DNA from: Eledone cirrhosa
Taxonomy: Eukaryota
DNA length: 64,000 bases
Assembly: GCA_964016885.1 (NCBI GenBank)
Contig: OZ024761.1
Span: forward strand, 7,192,001 to 7,256,000
Direction of reading: 5' to 3'
A program made the position numbers and the translations under genes. The notes beneath the pieces are model-generated. The model was not told the DNA's origin. It saw only the letters and a list, made by a program, of their open reading frames with translations, and searched no databases. Of this stretch, positions 60,901 through 64,000 are shown piece after piece (within the stretch, counting starts at the first letter, position 1; each line of letters opens with the position of its first letter).

Positions 60901-63900
60901 GTGTCTTTCATTAGAAATATGGTAATGAAAGGGTTAATGACATAGACAGTGTCTTTCATTAGAAATATGGTAATGAAAGGGTTAATGACATAGACAGTGT
61001 CTTTCATTAGAAATATGGTAATGAAAGGGTTAATGACATAGACAGTGTCTTTCATTAAAAATATGGTGATGGAAGGGTTAATGACATAGGTCGTGTCTTT
61101 CATTAGAAATATGGTAATGAAAGGGTTAATGACATAGACAGTGTCTTTCATTAGAAATATGGTAATGAAAGGGTTAATGACATAGACAGTGTCTTTCATT
61201 AGAAATATGGTAATGAAAGGGTTAATGACATAGACAGTGTCTTTCATTAGAAATATGGTAATGGAAGGGTTAATGACATAGACAGTGTCTTTCATTAGAA
61301 ATATGGTAATGAAAGGGTTAATGACATAGACAGTGTCTTTCATTAGAAATATGGTGATGGAAGGGTTAATGACATAGACAGTGTCTTTCATTAGAAATAT
61401 GGTAATGAAAGGGTTAATGACATAGGTAGTGTCTTTCATTAGAAATATGGTAATGAAAGGGTTAATGACATAGACAGTGTCTTTCATTAGAAATATGGTA
61501 ATGAAAGGGTTAATGACATAGACAGTGTCTTTCATTAGAAATATGGTAATGAAAGGGTTAATGACATAGGTCGTGTCTTTCATTAGAAATATGGTAATGG
61601 AAGGGTTAATGACATAGACAGTGTCTTTCATTAGAAATATGGTAATGAAAGGGTTAATGACATAGGTAGTGTCTTTCATTAGAAATATGGTAATGAAAGG
61701 GTTAATGACATAGACAGTGTCTTTCATTAGAAATATGGTGATGAAAGGGTTAATGACATAGACAGTGTCTTTCATTAGAAATATGGTAATGAAAGGGTTA
61801 ATGACATAGGTAGTGTCTTTCATTAGAAATATGGTAATGAAAGGGTTAATGACATAGACAGTGTCTTTCATTAGAAATATGGTAATGAAAGGGTTAATGA
61901 CATAGGTAGTGTCTTTCATTAGAAATATGGTAATGAAAGGGTTAATGACATAGACAGTGTCTTTCATTAGAAATATGGTAATGAAAGGGTTAATGACATA
62001 GGTAGTGTCTTTCATTAGAAATATGGTGATGGAAGGGTTAATGACATAGACAGTGTCTTTCATTAGAAATATGGTAATGAAAGGGTTAATGACATAGACA
62101 GTGTCTTTCATTAGAAATATGGTAATGGAAGGGTTAATGACATAGACAGTGTCTTTCATTAGAAATATGGTAATGAAAGGGTTAATGACATAGACAGTGT
62201 CTTTCGTTAGAAATATGGTAATGAAAGGGTTAATGACATAGACAGTGTCTTTCATTAGAAATATGGTAATGGAAGGGTTAATGACATAGACAGTGTCTTT
62301 CATTAGAAATATGGTAATGAAAGGGTTAATGACATAGACAGTGTCTTTCATTAGAAATATGGTAATGAAAGGGTTAATGACATAGACAGTGTCTTTCATT
62401 AGAAATATGGTAATGAAAGGGTTAATGACATAGACAGTGTCTTTCATTAGAAATATGGTAATGAAAGGGTTAATGACATAGACAGTGTCTTTCATTAGAA
62501 ATATGGTAATGAAAGGGTTAATGACATAGACAGTGTCTTTCATTAGAAATATGGTAATGGAAGGGTTAATGACATAGATAGTGTCTTTCATTAGAAATAT
62601 GGTAATGGAAGGGTTAATGACATAGACAGTGTCTTTCATTAGAAATATGGTAATGAAAGGGTTAATGACATAGACAGTGTCTTTCATTAGAAATATGGTA
62701 ATGGAAGGGTTAATGACATAGATAGTGTCTTTCATTAGAAATATGGTAATGAAAGGGTTAATGACATAGACAGTGTCTTTCATTAGAAATATGGTGATGG
62801 AAGGGTTAATGACATAGACAGTGTCTTTCATTAGAAATATGGTAATGAAAGGGTTAATGACATAGACAGTGTCTTTCATTAGAAATATGGTAATGGAAGG
62901 GTTAATGACATAGACAGTGTCTTTCATTAGAAATGTGGTAATGAAAGGGTTAATGACATAGACAGTGTCTTTCATTAGAAATATGGTAATGGAAGGGTTA
63001 ATGACATAGACAGTGTCTTTCATTAGAAATATGGTAATGGAAGGGTTAATGACATAGACAGTGTCTTTCATTAGAAATATGGTAATGAAAGGGTTAATGA
63101 CATAGACAGTGTCTTTCATTAGAAATATGGCAATGAAAGGGTTAATGACATAGACAGTGTCTTTCATTAGAGATATGGTAATGGAAGGGTTAATGACATA
63201 GACAGTGTCTTTCATTAGAAATATGGTAATGAAAGGGTTAATGACATAGACAGTGTCTTTCATTAGAAATATGGTAATGGAAGGGTTAATGACATAGACA
63301 GTGTCTTTCATTAGAAATATGGTAATGGAAGGGTTAATGACATAGACAGTGTCTTTCATTAGAAATGTGGTAATGAAAGGGTTAATGACATAGACAGTGT
63401 CTTTCATTAGAAATATGGTAATGAAAGGGTTAATGACATAGGTAGTGTCTTTCATTAGAAATATGGTAATGGAAGGGTTAATGACATAGACAGTGTCTTT
63501 CATTAGAAATATGGTAATGGAAGGGTTAATGACATAGACAGTGTCTTTCATTAGAAATGTGGTAATGAAAGGGTTAATGACATAGACAGTGTCTTTCATT
63601 AGAAATGTGGTAATGAAAGGGTTAATGACATAGACAGTGTCTTTCATTAGAAATATGGTAATGAAAGGGTTAATGACATAGGTAGTGTCTTTCATTAGAA
63701 ATATGGTAATGGAAGGGTTAATGACATAGACAGTGTCTTTCATTAGAAATATGGTAATGGAAGGGTTAATGACATAGACAGTGTCTTTCATTAGAAATGT
63801 GGTAATGAAAGGGTTAATGACATAGACAGTGTCTTTCATTAGAAATGTGGTAATGAAAGGGTTAATGACATAGACAGTGTCTTTCATTAGAAATATGGTA

Positions 63901-64000
63901 ATGAAAGGGTTAATGACATAGGTAGTGTCTTTCATTAGAAATATGGTAATGGAAGGGTTAATGACATAGACAGTGTCTTTCATTAGAAATATGGTAATGG
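54945..64000 (-). repeat. 48-bp satellite, at least 188 copies, running off the window edge; inverted relative to 47672-49324
   Basis: Same unit in reverse complement; abuts the exon A acceptor. Confidence 0.97.

Noticed and set aside
54945-63983. 3078-aa ORF as a real protein
   Set aside because: All but the last ~65 aa is 48-bp satellite; a canonical acceptor at 54936-54937 defines the true exon

Overview
Repeat-saturated animal genomic DNA, most likely a coleoid cephalopod such as Octopus (inferred from the SINE and microsatellite landscape). The only host gene I can support is DNA topoisomerase III alpha (TOP3A) on the minus strand. I traced 15 consecutive GT-AG exons by hand (54935 down to 272; 1267 nt, about 422 codons) with consistent phases. 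They run from the catalytic [10 protein letters not shown] region to the C4 zinc-finger region, and the gene continues beyond both window edges. The introns hold a near-intact L1/Tx1-type LINE with a target-site duplication, an internally deleted mariner, decayed RTE, Ingi/Vingi-like and Penelope-like retroelements, two tRNA-derived SINE families, piggyBac-like and Helitron-like non-autonomous elements, and over a dozen minisatellites. Most notable: (i) four minimal type-I hammerhead ribozyme motifs, three in a Penelope-linked family; (ii) two oppositely oriented 48-bp arrays bracketing the catalytic exon and the next one, a 288-nt frame-preserving block; (iii) a tandemly amplified exon-donor junction giving six decoy 5' splice sites; (iv) most minisatellites tracing to a hairpin-bearing segment of a transposon copy. 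Repeat and TE boundaries are approximate; no database searches were run.
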